DNA from: a virus
Reading direction: 5' to 3' (one strand)
Length of the DNA stretch: 48,759 nucleotides
Virus record (IMG/VR): IMGVR_UViG_3300029805_000004
The position numbers were made by a program, and so were the translations under genes. Numbering within the stretch: the stretch's first letter is position 1; the number at the start of each line of letters is the position of its first letter. Shown here in pieces: positions 26,901-36,435 of the stretch. The notes beneath the pieces were generated by a model. It saw only the letters and a program-made list of their open reading frames with translations. It was not told the origin of the DNA and did not search any database.

Positions 26901-29900
26901 AGTGATTACGATACTGCTGAAGAAAGGGATGCCAACTTCATACCGCTAAGTGATGCGGGTGGCAATCAAGTAGACAACGTAGCCAAAACATTCTTCATTG
27001 ATGAATTTCAATCTGACTGGCACCAACAAGGTCGTCAGGAAGGGTATAAATTCACAGAATCAGACCGCGTAGAGGCGCGTGCAAAAGCTGAAGTATTGAA
27101 GAAAGAACAACAAGACAACCTTGACAGCCTTGAAGAAAAATATGGTGAAGATTGGAAATGGATGTCGTCCCATGAAGAACGCAACGTCAATGTAGAACTA
27201 GGCGATAAAATAAGAAAGTTGCACGAACAAGCAGACGCGGTCCCTAATGCGCCATTCAAGGGTGATGCGTGGGTCAACTTAGGTTTGAAACGGGCCATCA
27301 TTGAAGCCGTTGATAATGGGTACGAGTCAATCGCGTGGCCTAACTCACAAGTGCTGGTGGACCGATGGAGTGAAATGTACCGGGAACTGTACGTTAATCA
27401 GTACGACAGGAAGATGGTCAAAGGTATCAAAAAATTGACTGGTCAAACACCAGTGCAGTTGGACCTTGAAGGTAATCCTTATCCTACGACCAGCGATGTG
27501 TTGAACGCTTTTGACCTAGTACCGTCAAGTGAATCAGGTAGATTTAATTTAAAACTAAAAAGCGGTCACAACACCATTGAAGCAATTCCTGTTAATGACG
27601 AAGGGATTGCCAGTACAGGTCGGTCCCTTGGTGAAGTAAGTAAGCTGACGTTTAGCAATGAAGGTCATGCAGTTGAATTTTTAAAAGATGTTGTCAAAAC
27701 AGAATCAACGCAAGGCTACTTCATCATCCCAATCACAGATGAGCTACGGGCAGATATCAAGAATGATGGCCTGACCTTATTCCAAAAACAAAGCGGTGAA
27801 GCACGTGGGTATTATGATCCGACGAACGTATTGATCCGATTGAACGAAGCAGCCAATCCTTCAACCTTCATTCATGAGTTTGCTCACTTCATGTATGACA
27901 TGGAACAAAAACTTAAAGGACCAAACCTTAATGCAATCAACAACTGGTATCACGGCAATGCTGAAGATATCGCTGCTGAAGCGTCTGAGCATTATGGACA
28001 CCTCATATCAGGGTTTGAAGTTGACCAATACTTAGACAACGGCACGACAGGTGATGTGGAAATAGATACAGCCATCTTGGTAGCCACGCATGAGCAGTTT
28101 GCCCGTGGGTTTGAGTCCTATGTGATGGAAGGTAAGGCACCAAGTATGGAATTGCGCAATGTATTCCGGGTGTTAGCGCGTATGCTGACAGCAGTTTACA
28201 AAGCCATCACAGGCGGTTTAAGCACTCCAAACGTCACAGACGATATGCGACAGGTGTTTGACCGATTGATTGCTACAGAGGAACAGATAGCCGCCAGCGA
28301 AGCACGTGACCGCGCAGCACCTTTGTTTACTGATGCTGCCATGGCGGGGATGACTGAAGAACAGTTCCAGAAATATCAAGAGCAGGCACGCAAAGCTACC
28401 GATAAATCCAACGAGACTTTACGCGACAAGGTGATGAAAGAATTAACCCGCGTGCAGCAGAAGTGGTGGGGTGATGAGCGTGATGACATCATTGATGAGC
28501 AAGAAGAAATCCTACGAACTGAACCTGTCTATGTGGCACGTGCTCGGTTGCGTAGTGGTGACGATCTGAAATTGGATTATGTCTCTACGATTGAAATCAT
28601 GGGTGTGAAAAATTTGATGGGTATCGTCCCGATGCGTGGCCTAACTGCAAAAGGTGGTCTAGGCACGCACCCGGATGAAGCTGCGAAAGTCTACGGGTTT
28701 GAAACCGGGGACCAGTTAATTGAAGCACTGATGACTGAACCCAAGTTGCAAGATAAAGCAGAGGCTAATGCTGATGCTGAAATGATTGAGCGTCACGGTG
28801 ACATCATGAACGATGGCACGCTGGAAAAACTAGCCGATGACATGGTCAGAAATGAGCAGCGCGGTACATTGCTGCTGACTGAAATTAAGGCATTGTCTAA
28901 GGGCCAGAACGTACCACTGATTGACAAGCAAACTATCAAGGCATTAGCGGCTGAGAACATCGGCAAGCTGGCATTGAAAGATATCCGTCCTGACCGTTAC
29001 CGCAAAGCTGAGATCCACAGTGCGCAGGAAGCAGCCATTGCATTATCTAAAGGGGACCAAGTAGCAGCATTAAGAGCTAAGACCCAGCAGGTGATGAACT
29101 TCTACTTATGGCGTGAAGCACGTGATGCACAACTCACGGGTGGCAAGGTGGCTACATACATGGCCCGGTTCAAGAAGAAGTCACTGCGTGAACGTATCGG
29201 TAAAGCTGGCAACAACTATCTGGAAAACATTGACCGTATTTTAGAACGGTTTGAGTTTAGGAAATCAGTGTCGTTCAAAAAACATGCTGAAGCACGTGAC
29301 TCATTGCAGGCATGGGTGGACCAGCAGGGCAGCGAGAGTGACATGATTGCCTTGAGCACTGAAGTATTAGATGAAACGTATGCGCGTCACTGGCGTGAGA
29401 TACCGATTGATGAGTTGGTGGGTATTCAGGAGTCAATCCAAAGCATTGAGAACAGTGCCAAGGCGTTGAACAACATCATCATCAATGAAGAGAAGTTGAC
29501 CTATGAGCAGACCATCACCCGGATGCTGAATCAGATGGGCCAACTTAAAGATAAAGTTTTCCCACAATATAAAGATTCTGTTGACAATGGTGGTGTGCGT
29601 CGCTGGACTGAAAACTTCCTGACTGAACAGGTCAAAATCCCATGGATGATGCGCTGGTTAGACAACGGTGAAGAAGTGGGGATCATGCACCAAACCATTA
29701 TGCAGCCGATGAACAACGCTTATGATGCTGAAGTGCGTATGTGGGACCGGGTTGGTAAGGTGGTGATGCAGGCCATCAATGGTCGTAGCAAGGATGATGT
29801 CAAACGTCACCAGCAAGAAATCAGCATCCCTGAAATTGCCAATACTGAAACCAAGCTGGAAGGTAAGCTGCTCGGTCATCAAATTATTGCGGTTGCATTG

Positions 29901-31583
29901 AACACAGGTAACGAAGGTAACTTGCGGAAGATGCTACTCGGTGAAGGATGGGCCACTACGGATGAAGAAGTCAGCATTGAGAATCCTAAACTCCAAGCCG
30001 TGTTGCAGCACATGAGCACGTCAGATTGGGACTTGGTTGAACTGATATGGGAACAGATTGGATCACTTAAAGCAGACTTAGCAGCCATCCATAAACGGGC
30101 CACTGGTATCACCATGGATGAAGTGAAACCCGTGTCGTTCGTACAGGATGGTCGCACCATTAAGGGTGGGTATTACCCGGTTAAGTACGATGCCAACCGT
30201 AGCGAGAAAGCACGTCTTAACGAAGAGAAAGCAGATGAACAGGCCGTGTCCATGTTGACGGCGGGTGGCTTTGTGCAGCCTGTCGCACGTACAGGTGCAC
30301 GCATCAATCGTACTGAGTTCGTAGGTCCTATCAAGTTCAGCTTGGATGTGGTGCCTAACCATATTCAGGAAGTTATCCACTTCATTACTCACTATGATGC
30401 GATTAAACAGGTGAATAAATTAACGGGTGATCCACGCATTGCCGCTGCCATCAAAACAAAATTGGGACCAGCACAATACGCATTGCTTAAACCTTGGCTG
30501 AACGATGTGGCTAAAGATGGCAAGGAAGCACCTATCAAGTCAGGTCTTGAATCACTGGCCCGTAGGTTAAGGTTTGGTACTACATACGGTGTAATGGGCT
30601 TCAAGGCGTCCACAGGCTTAATTCAAATCGCCGGTATCTTTAACACCGCTGCTGAAGTGGGCGTGGTTAGAACACTACGCGCAGTACGCACCGTGTTGGG
30701 TAGCGAGAAGTCCATACGTGAGACTTGGGAATTTGCCAAGGCCAACAGCAAGGTGCTTGAACATCGTCAGCAAACTATGGATAGGGAAATCAAGAACGCA
30801 TTGATAAGCCTGCAATCCAAACGCGGTCCGCTGGCAGTGGTACAGGAAGCTGCCATGATGCACATCGCTTTGGTCCAAACGTACACCGTTGACTTACCAT
30901 CATGGTATGCCGCCTATGCGAAGGGCATGGATAAATTTGAAGGTGATGAACAGCGTGCTTTCCAGTATGCAGATTGGGTAGTTGAGAACGTGCAGGGTAG
31001 TGGTCTGACAAAAGATATGTCATCCATCATGCGCAGCAAATCTGAACTGTACCGATTAGGCACCATGTTCATGACGTTCTTCAGTTCATTGTATAACCAT
31101 AATGCTGACGTGAAGCGTGCGGTGCAGGCGGGTCAACTTAGCATCCCGGCAGCAGTCGGCAAGCTGATGTTGTTGTGGACATTACCCGCGCTATTTGAAA
31201 CAGTGATGCGCGAAGGGTGGGGTGATGAGGACGATGAAGAAAGTTTGTTAGAGCGCACATTAGTCGGCACAGCCATGATGCCAATCACCACGGTGCCGTT
31301 CTTTAATCAGGTAGCGAACGGGGTGATATCAGGCTACGGTTACTCAGCATCACCTGTATTTCCGCTGGTCGAAGGTGGCGTTGAAGCCACACGTGCGCTG
31401 GCTGAAGGTGGGGAATTGACCAAGTACAAAATCAAACAAGCAAGTAAGGCGGTGGGCATTGCTTTTGCCATACCGGGTGTAAATCAGGCATGGATCACCG
31501 GGGAACATTTGTACGACTATGCAGTAGAAGGTGAAGATTTATCAATGCGTTACCTGCTTGTCACAACTAATAAAGACAAGTAG
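23967..31583 (+). CDS. giant 2538-aa polyvalent-type virion protein with zincin HExxH module and hydrophobic C-terminal region
   Basis: Uninterrupted 7.6-kb ORF. HEFAH at aa 1303-1307 (nt 27873-27887), then HEQFARGFESY at aa 1375. VHDYFGH motif at aa 432-438. FIDEFQSDWHQQGRQEGY segment. LARRLRFG at about aa 2197-2204, followed by hydrophobic segments. Confidence 0.8.
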   Translation: MSLQDCLRKAGKAFNASDATVINENVEQLVSSGVERATAETQAVEQFLSQQTDELNDIATQAEELGATVAREDLTQPDYLADFTATSATDFHGRLSEAMSASTNALSVKIYDVSEYENMQLFLTDDGKAGFALEYDGGLISVFKHPDSSIDAALDVIVPAAIQAGATKLEAFDGFLTARYKEFGFVEVLRDDWNDNYAPAGWDKSVLGTPAVVAMELKGVAQYEYNEETIPFSVQHPVGVRRGDESLQPSDATPDQRRTTGRESDGSLNGLPREVGNFNAAASSKIAAVAENYVTQLGLEYSPPTNYATVDVERARRIAEAYEAMKHDPENPEVKEAYAALTEEVIAQYQAALDAGLKVEFINFERDGDPYAASPRMVTDDINNNNHMWVFSTRDGFGSSVEIDVSNNPLLAETDFVISGQKALVNDLFRVVHDYFGHAKEGVGFRAIGEENAWRIHSAMFSPLARQALTTETRGQNSWVNYGPHGEANQTATSDTVFADQKTGLLPQWVVDEGRIDQPIFNQDINPTAVRNALGLHSAVEQAVMDTDLQQWSKKAGNNNKQVKALDIKIAELQTTYKAEQAEFEAAMDRLEANPGNQEAIDNLEDKLSDTTVSNEISKLKFERSRIANNPLAPGVEIWSKISKTAGVKKEELTWLGLEEFLKVDPKGKFSRETVLNFVRANGVVVEETIGDQETSSRNELEWDSGTVWDEEEAYMHNVEDMMYEFDAGDDDTSYINIATFMDKWMHDNIDTVLANYKTSLPEGEFAELTELDTPGDQIVWLANHYPVNEDMRSEAREDFEEAATAAAREAYLDDPTYIHKATNVEDLYIFGSDDLGYDIRHGGWDNAKYMIDNQLHIDSLNETQIHAFHYAIEEGLLEQVEDVNVAKWGDYVMDGSWDNYREIKLILPDLGGQDFDYDMHFEDSNIVAFLRVDDRDLSTGTTREQKRTVEKEDFNEFDDPSRPRYGVKVTVDGKVYRSDYDTAEERDANFIPLSDAGGNQVDNVAKTFFIDEFQSDWHQQGRQEGYKFTESDRVEARAKAEVLKKEQQDNLDSLEEKYGEDWKWMSSHEERNVNVELGDKIRKLHEQADAVPNAPFKGDAWVNLGLKRAIIEAVDNGYESIAWPNSQVLVDRWSEMYRELYVNQYDRKMVKGIKKLTGQTPVQLDLEGNPYPTTSDVLNAFDLVPSSESGRFNLKLKSGHNTIEAIPVNDEGIASTGRSLGEVSKLTFSNEGHAVEFLKDVVKTESTQGYFIIPITDELRADIKNDGLTLFQKQSGEARGYYDPTNVLIRLNEAANPSTFIHEFAHFMYDMEQKLKGPNLNAINNWYHGNAEDIAAEASEHYGHLISGFEVDQYLDNGTTGDVEIDTAILVATHEQFARGFESYVMEGKAPSMELRNVFRVLARMLTAVYKAITGGLSTPNVTDDMRQVFDRLIATEEQIAASEARDRAAPLFTDAAMAGMTEEQFQKYQEQARKATDKSNETLRDKVMKELTRVQQKWWGDERDDIIDEQEEILRTEPVYVARARLRSGDDLKLDYVSTIEIMGVKNLMGIVPMRGLTAKGGLGTHPDEAAKVYGFETGDQLIEALMTEPKLQDKAEANADAEMIERHGDIMNDGTLEKLADDMVRNEQRGTLLLTEIKALSKGQNVPLIDKQTIKALAAENIGKLALKDIRPDRYRKAEIHSAQEAAIALSKGDQVAALRAKTQQVMNFYLWREARDAQLTGGKVATYMARFKKKSLRERIGKAGNNYLENIDRILERFEFRKSVSFKKHAEARDSLQAWVDQQGSESDMIALSTEVLDETYARHWREIPIDELVGIQESIQSIENSAKALNNIIINEEKLTYEQTITRMLNQMGQLKDKVFPQYKDSVDNGGVRRWTENFLTEQVKIPWMMRWLDNGEEVGIMHQTIMQPMNNAYDAEVRMWDRVGKVVMQAINGRSKDDVKRHQQEISIPEIANTETKLEGKLLGHQIIAVALNTGNEGNLRKMLLGEGWATTDEEVSIENPKLQAVLQHMSTSDWDLVELIWEQIGSLKADLAAIHKRATGITMDEVKPVSFVQDGRTIKGGYYPVKYDANRSEKARLNEEKADEQAVSMLTAGGFVQPVARTGARINRTEFVGPIKFSLDVVPNHIQEVIHFITHYDAIKQVNKLTGDPRIAAAIKTKLGPAQYALLKPWLNDVAKDGKEAPIKSGLESLARRLRFGTTYGVMGFKASTGLIQIAGIFNTAAEVGVVRTLRAVRTVLGSEKSIRETWEFAKANSKVLEHRQQTMDREIKNALISLQSKRGPLAVVQEAAMMHIALVQTYTVDLPSWYAAYAKGMDKFEGDEQRAFQYADWVVENVQGSGLTKDMSSIMRSKSELYRLGTMFMTFFSSLYNHNADVKRAVQAGQLSIPAAVGKLMLLWTLPALFETVMREGWGDEDDEESLLERTLVGTAMMPITTVPFFNQVANGVISGYGYSASPVFPLVEGGVEATRALAEGGELTKYKIKQASKAVGIAFAIPGVNQAWITGEHLYDYAVEGEDLSMRYLLVTTNKDK

Positions 31584-31612
31584 AATTATCAAAACTTAAA
31601 GGACCACAAGTC

Positions 31613-34600
31613 ATGACTGTCAACACGACTAATATTGTTTCAGGCCCGTATACCGGCAACGGTGTGACCACTCAATTCAGTTATGGCTTCAGGGTTGACG
31701 ATAAAACGCAACTCGTTGTCTATGAAACCGATGACTTAGGTGTTGAAAGCGTGTTGGTCGTTGACGTTGACTACACGGTTAATAACGTGGGCGATGATGC
31801 TGGTGGCACGATTGACCGTATCGCAGGCGCGTTGCCTACCGACTACACGTGGTATATCCGTTCTAATTATCTGCATCTTCAGCTAACCGCGTTCGCCTCA
31901 CAGGGTGGATTCTTTCCAGACGTTCATGAAGCTGCGATGGATTTGCTGACGTTCTTATCCCAACAACAAGAGGACCGTATTGCACGCGCAATGCGATTCA
32001 ACGATTCATATTCAGGCGGTGCAGATCCAGAACTACCTGTACCTGAAGCCGACAAAGTATTGGTCTGGTCCTCGGATGCCTTAAACATCATCAACGGACC
32101 GAGTGAAGGTACGTTCATGGGTTGGGCTGACGCAGCAATCGCAGCAGCAGCAGCGGCGGTGATCAGTGCCGACGCAGCAGCCGCCAGCGCAGTAGCAGCA
32201 GACTTGAGTAAGATTGCCGCCGCGTTGAGTGAGACTAACGCAGGTGACGCAGCCAATGCAGCAATAGCAGCAGCAGCAGCAGCGGCGATAGATAAAGCAG
32301 CAGCAGCCGTCAGCGCAGCAGCAGCATTAGTCAGTCAAGGTGCTGCGTCAGACAGTGAGGCAGCAGCAGCAGCCAGTGCAGCAGCAGCCGCGATAGACCA
32401 GCTTGCAGCAGCAGCCAGTGCAGCAGCAGCATTAGTCAGTGAAGGTCTAGCAGAATATTGGGCCGGGGAAGCACAGACCGCTGCTGGTGCAAATGAAAAG
32501 ATTGCCGCACGTAACGCAGTACAAAACCAAGACGCAGTAAGCCAAGGTTTAGCACAACGGTCTGGTATGAGTTCAACTATCTACACAGGTAACGGTACAA
32601 GCCAAAGTATTATTACTGGCGTTGATATGTCCAGCGGCGATTTTGGTGGCTTTAACTGGATTAAAAATAGGGATGCTGCAATATCTCACGCCTTGACTGA
32701 TTCAGTCAGGGGCGACTTTAGGTTAGAGAGTGACACAACCGCCGCAGAGTCAGCCACTACAGCGGTAGCGCTAACGTCAACAGGGTTTGACTTGGTCACT
32801 GCAAGCAACAGATACAACCAAAATAGTGTTGATTATGTAGCTTGGTCATTCCAAACCAATAAGAAAGCGTCACGTAATATAGCGATATACCCTGAACAAT
32901 TTGATAATGCGGTATGGGCAAAATCGGCGGGCATAGTGGTTACACCTAACGCACAAATCGCACCTAATGGCTTTATGACAGCAGATGAATTGGCACATGA
33001 CGGAGTGAACAATCGCGCCGTAGTGCAATCACCCACAACCTTAAAGGCTAACACCACCTATACTTTTTCAATCTATTTAAAAATAATCTCCGGTAGTTTT
33101 ACCGAGAATAGTAAATGTCAATTAGCAATTTATGGCAGTGGCCTTGTAGCTACATCATCGGTGATTATTGGTGACGCACTTAACGGCGATTCTGAATGGC
33201 AGAGATTTGAAGCAACAGCGACAACAAACGGCGCACCGTCAGTAGCTAATTTCAGCATAAGGTGTGATGAGTTAGTCACCCTTGCTGAGTGGGGCGCACA
33301 GATTGAAGAAGGTAGCGCGGCAACCGATTATCAAAACGCAGAAACCAATCACGGCAAGCCTTACGAGTGTCACTACAATACTGAAATGGGCTTTAGTATT
33401 GTCGGCTATGAAGGTGATGAAGTCGCAGGCCATGAGATACCGCATCATCTAGGTGGCGAACCTGAATTAACAATCTATAAAAATAGAGAGAGCGTTTATT
33501 CTTGGATAGTAAAAGGGGCAATGTTTCAGGACGATGAGTTCTTATTCCTGAACGCCACTAATGCGCTGGCTACAGGTTATGTCAGTTCGCAAGATGATAC
33601 GACTTTAACCGTGGACGATACGGAGGAGTTAAATGAAGCAGGCATAAATATCATCGCCTACAACTTCCGTTCTATCGCGGGCGTATCAAAAATAGGCAAG
33701 TACATCGGCACAGCGGCAACGGGTAATTATGTCGATTGCGGCTTTATTCCGCGCTTTGTGATGTTGAAAACGCTTGATTCTGCTGGTGGATGGGCGATGT
33801 ATGACACTGCTAGGGGTATAGACCAAGTAGTAAATGCAGAGAGCAGTGACGCTGAAACTACTAACGTCAAGATTGAATTGACCGAGAATGGTTTTGTGCT
33901 TATTGGTACGTCATACAATGCACTTGACCAACAATATTTATTCATAACTTTTGCTGAAACTGACAGCGATGCCAACAAGTCATGGACGGATTACGACTAC
34001 GCCGTTGATAAAGACGTTTTAGTTATTGAGCAAGATACCTTGGTGAGCTTTGCTAATGGCTTCTCAGAAACAGGCCAAGTCGATACGCAATTCAATGTCG
34101 GCAGTGGCGTGACCTACAGCGAGAAAGGCGATGAGCTGGTAACTAATGGCACGTTTGATACTGATACCGATTGGAATAAAGGCGCAGGCTGGTCTATTGG
34201 TTCTGGTGTTGCAACCTCGGATGGTGCTAATGGAAACCAAGCGCTCAATCAAATTGTCAACCTTGTTGAAGGCGATACTTACCAAGTCTCTTTTGAGGTT
34301 ACTGCCTATACTGCTGGTTTATTACAACTAGAGTTGATTGCTACGACAACCGTAGCCGCAATAAATGTCAATGCTACTGGCGTGTATACCGTTACTTATG
34401 TTGCCGAAGCTGACACCTCTATGATAGTTGTTTTTAGAAGCAATGCTAGCTCTCCTTTTGCTGGCGGTGTTGATAACGTATCGGTCAAAGTAGTAGTCAG
34501 CACACCTAAGAAACTCTACCTGTTCATGGACAAGACCGGCTTGCTTGGTTCAACTGAGTTCAGACCTTTGGTTGGCCTGTCACGTGACGAGGCCGATTTT

Positions 34601-36007
34601 TGGGGTGTTGAGTCACCGCTTGACCCTAGCCTTAGAACAGCGGCGCATCACTTTGATTATGAAAGTAGTACAGGTGTGGCGAGTGCCAGCATTGAAGAAT
34701 CCAATGCCGTAGCTTGGGAGGCGGTAGCTGAACATGCGAATGAAATAGTGGCAGACCGCCGCTGGTTGGCATTAACTAATACGCTATGTTGGTGGCAGTA
34801 CAAAGGTACTGAGAAACGCATCTTAAAATCATGGCGTATACGTGCGGCTAATATAGGTCGCTTACCACAGCGGTTTACCATTGAAGGTAGTAATGACGGG
34901 CTGAATTGGACAGCGATTGATTCAACTTATACTAATAGCGACTTCAATATCGGGGGCAGTAATCTTTGGGGCGACTTAGAAGATACGTCAGCCAATACAA
35001 CGGCTTACCTTTACCATCGGATAAACATTACCGCTAATGGCAGTGACCCTTCATTAACAGGGTTTGCCAGCATGGAGTTCAACACCGAATTGCCGTCCGA
35101 CTATTACCTAATCCCACAGGGTGAAATGTTTGCCTATCGTGGTGATGAAGTGGTGGTTAATGGCACGTTTGATGTTAATACAGACGGTTGGAGTCCTAAA
35201 GATGGTGACGCTGAATTAACCGTAGTAAATCAAACCCTGCGCATCACTAACGGTGCGGCAAATGGGGCTTGGGCTAATCAGGCATTAACAGGTTTAATCG
35301 TTGGTGAGACTTACGAGGGTAGCGTACAAGGTGTCGGCGGCGATGCAGGCGCATCACGATTTACTTGTGGTAGTTCTGTAGGTGGCAGTGACTATTCAGG
35401 GTCGGGTGCTGATAATCTATTTGGCCTTGATGGAAAAACTTACACGTTTAGATTTGTAGCAGTAGCCACAACAGCTTGGTTTAGAGTGTCCAACGCTACG
35501 GCACTTCTTGGTGCTTACTATGACTACGACAACATCACCGTCAAACAGGTCGGCGTACAAATTGAACGCACCTACCTTGCTGAGTTCACAACCGACAGCG
35601 ATGGCGATGTAAGTTCATTCAAAAACCTTACGCCAGCCAAGCAGTACGAAACTGAAATGGAAGTGCTGAAAACCTTAACTGTGCGGGGTGAGATTCACAA
35701 TCCGCAAGTGGCGACAGCATGGGGTGATGTTGATGGTACGGTAGCACCACCGCTGGTAAGTGTTGAGCATAATATAGCGGCAATTGTCGGCTTAGACGCA
35801 GGTAGTTATTATGTTGAGTTTAACGAACCTATGGACACTAAAAGCTATGTGGTGGTGGCGACAATAGTCAGCCTTAATACCAACCATAACAGGATTGTTA
35901 AAACAGGTAATAAGACTGTCAGGGGGTTTGAATTGTTGGCGCAAACCACAGGAAGCGTACCGGCTGATGCCGTCCTATCATTTGCAGTATTTGGAGGGAA
36001 AGACTAA
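31613..36007 (+). CDS. 1464-aa receptor-binding tail fibre (Ala-rich coiled region, repeated YTGNG/GF domains, CBM-like jelly rolls, discoidin-like domain)
   Basis: N-terminus SGPYTGNGVTTQFSYGFRV is typical of podoviral fibres. Ala-rich region at nt ~32125-32490. Two GDE(L/V)V.NGTFD...DN(V/I)(S/T)VK modules. WRIRAANIGRLPQRFTIEGSNDGLNWTAID is discoidin-like. Confidence 0.75.
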   Translation: MTVNTTNIVSGPYTGNGVTTQFSYGFRVDDKTQLVVYETDDLGVESVLVVDVDYTVNNVGDDAGGTIDRIAGALPTDYTWYIRSNYLHLQLTAFASQGGFFPDVHEAAMDLLTFLSQQQEDRIARAMRFNDSYSGGADPELPVPEADKVLVWSSDALNIINGPSEGTFMGWADAAIAAAAAAVISADAAAASAVAADLSKIAAALSETNAGDAANAAIAAAAAAAIDKAAAAVSAAAALVSQGAASDSEAAAAASAAAAAIDQLAAAASAAAALVSEGLAEYWAGEAQTAAGANEKIAARNAVQNQDAVSQGLAQRSGMSSTIYTGNGTSQSIITGVDMSSGDFGGFNWIKNRDAAISHALTDSVRGDFRLESDTTAAESATTAVALTSTGFDLVTASNRYNQNSVDYVAWSFQTNKKASRNIAIYPEQFDNAVWAKSAGIVVTPNAQIAPNGFMTADELAHDGVNNRAVVQSPTTLKANTTYTFSIYLKIISGSFTENSKCQLAIYGSGLVATSSVIIGDALNGDSEWQRFEATATTNGAPSVANFSIRCDELVTLAEWGAQIEEGSAATDYQNAETNHGKPYECHYNTEMGFSIVGYEGDEVAGHEIPHHLGGEPELTIYKNRESVYSWIVKGAMFQDDEFLFLNATNALATGYVSSQDDTTLTVDDTEELNEAGINIIAYNFRSIAGVSKIGKYIGTAATGNYVDCGFIPRFVMLKTLDSAGGWAMYDTARGIDQVVNAESSDAETTNVKIELTENGFVLIGTSYNALDQQYLFITFAETDSDANKSWTDYDYAVDKDVLVIEQDTLVSFANGFSETGQVDTQFNVGSGVTYSEKGDELVTNGTFDTDTDWNKGAGWSIGSGVATSDGANGNQALNQIVNLVEGDTYQVSFEVTAYTAGLLQLELIATTTVAAINVNATGVYTVTYVAEADTSMIVVFRSNASSPFAGGVDNVSVKVVVSTPKKLYLFMDKTGLLGSTEFRPLVGLSRDEADFWGVESPLDPSLRTAAHHFDYESSTGVASASIEESNAVAWEAVAEHANEIVADRRWLALTNTLCWWQYKGTEKRILKSWRIRAANIGRLPQRFTIEGSNDGLNWTAIDSTYTNSDFNIGGSNLWGDLEDTSANTTAYLYHRINITANGSDPSLTGFASMEFNTELPSDYYLIPQGEMFAYRGDEVVVNGTFDVNTDGWSPKDGDAELTVVNQTLRITNGAANGAWANQALTGLIVGETYEGSVQGVGGDAGASRFTCGSSVGGSDYSGSGADNLFGLDGKTYTFRFVAVATTAWFRVSNATALLGAYYDYDNITVKQVGVQIERTYLAEFTTDSDGDVSSFKNLTPAKQYETEMEVLKTLTVRGEIHNPQVATAWGDVDGTVAPPLVSVEHNIAAIVGLDAGSYYVEFNEPMDTKSYVVVATIVSLNTNHNRIVKTGNKTVRGFELLAQTTGSVPADAVLSFAVFGGKD

Positions 36008-36435
36008 TGAGCTTTGTAAGACAAATAGAAAACAAGCCGTTGGAGATATGTGCGGTGCAACTGGATGGCTTTGTTGAAGCTGAATTGCCCGAAGATACTA
36101 CCCATCGTAGCGCATGGCGATTGGTCGGCGGCGTTGTGGTGATTGATAAGCCAGCCAAGGCGGTCATTGATAAAGATATCGGCAAGCAAGACTTGAACAG
36201 TGAGCTGCACGATATGACCTATACCTATGCCGATGGGCGGGTGATTCAAACCAGACCAGCCGACTTGACCAATATTGAGATTGCCATCGCTCAAGGTGCA
36301 GATCGCAAGTGGATCATGAACGATGATACCGTTGAGCTACTAACCGTGGCAGAACTAACCGAGGCGCGCAATGCCAGTATCGGTACAGGTACGGACCACT
36401 GGAACACTTACGTTGATTTGGTGGAGGCATTGTAA
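36007..36435 (+). CDS. hypothetical protein (142 aa) downstream of the fibre gene
   Basis: TAATG-coupled to the fibre gene. Could be a fibre chaperone by position only. Confidence 0.55.
   Translation: MSFVRQIENKPLEICAVQLDGFVEAELPEDTTHRSAWRLVGGVVVIDKPAKAVIDKDIGKQDLNSELHDMTYTYADGRVIQTRPADLTNIEIAIAQGADRKWIMNDDTVELLTVAELTEARNASIGTGTDHWNTYVDLVEAL

Noticed and set aside
31924-32256. 110-aa minus-strand ORF inside the 1464-aa fibre gene, and similar antisense ORFs inside the giant gene (for example 25694-26035 and 26052-26426)
   Set aside because: These are antisense shadows of long, domain-containing ORFs, several of them over Ala-rich repeats. They have no start context and would break the strictly two-armed strand organisation.
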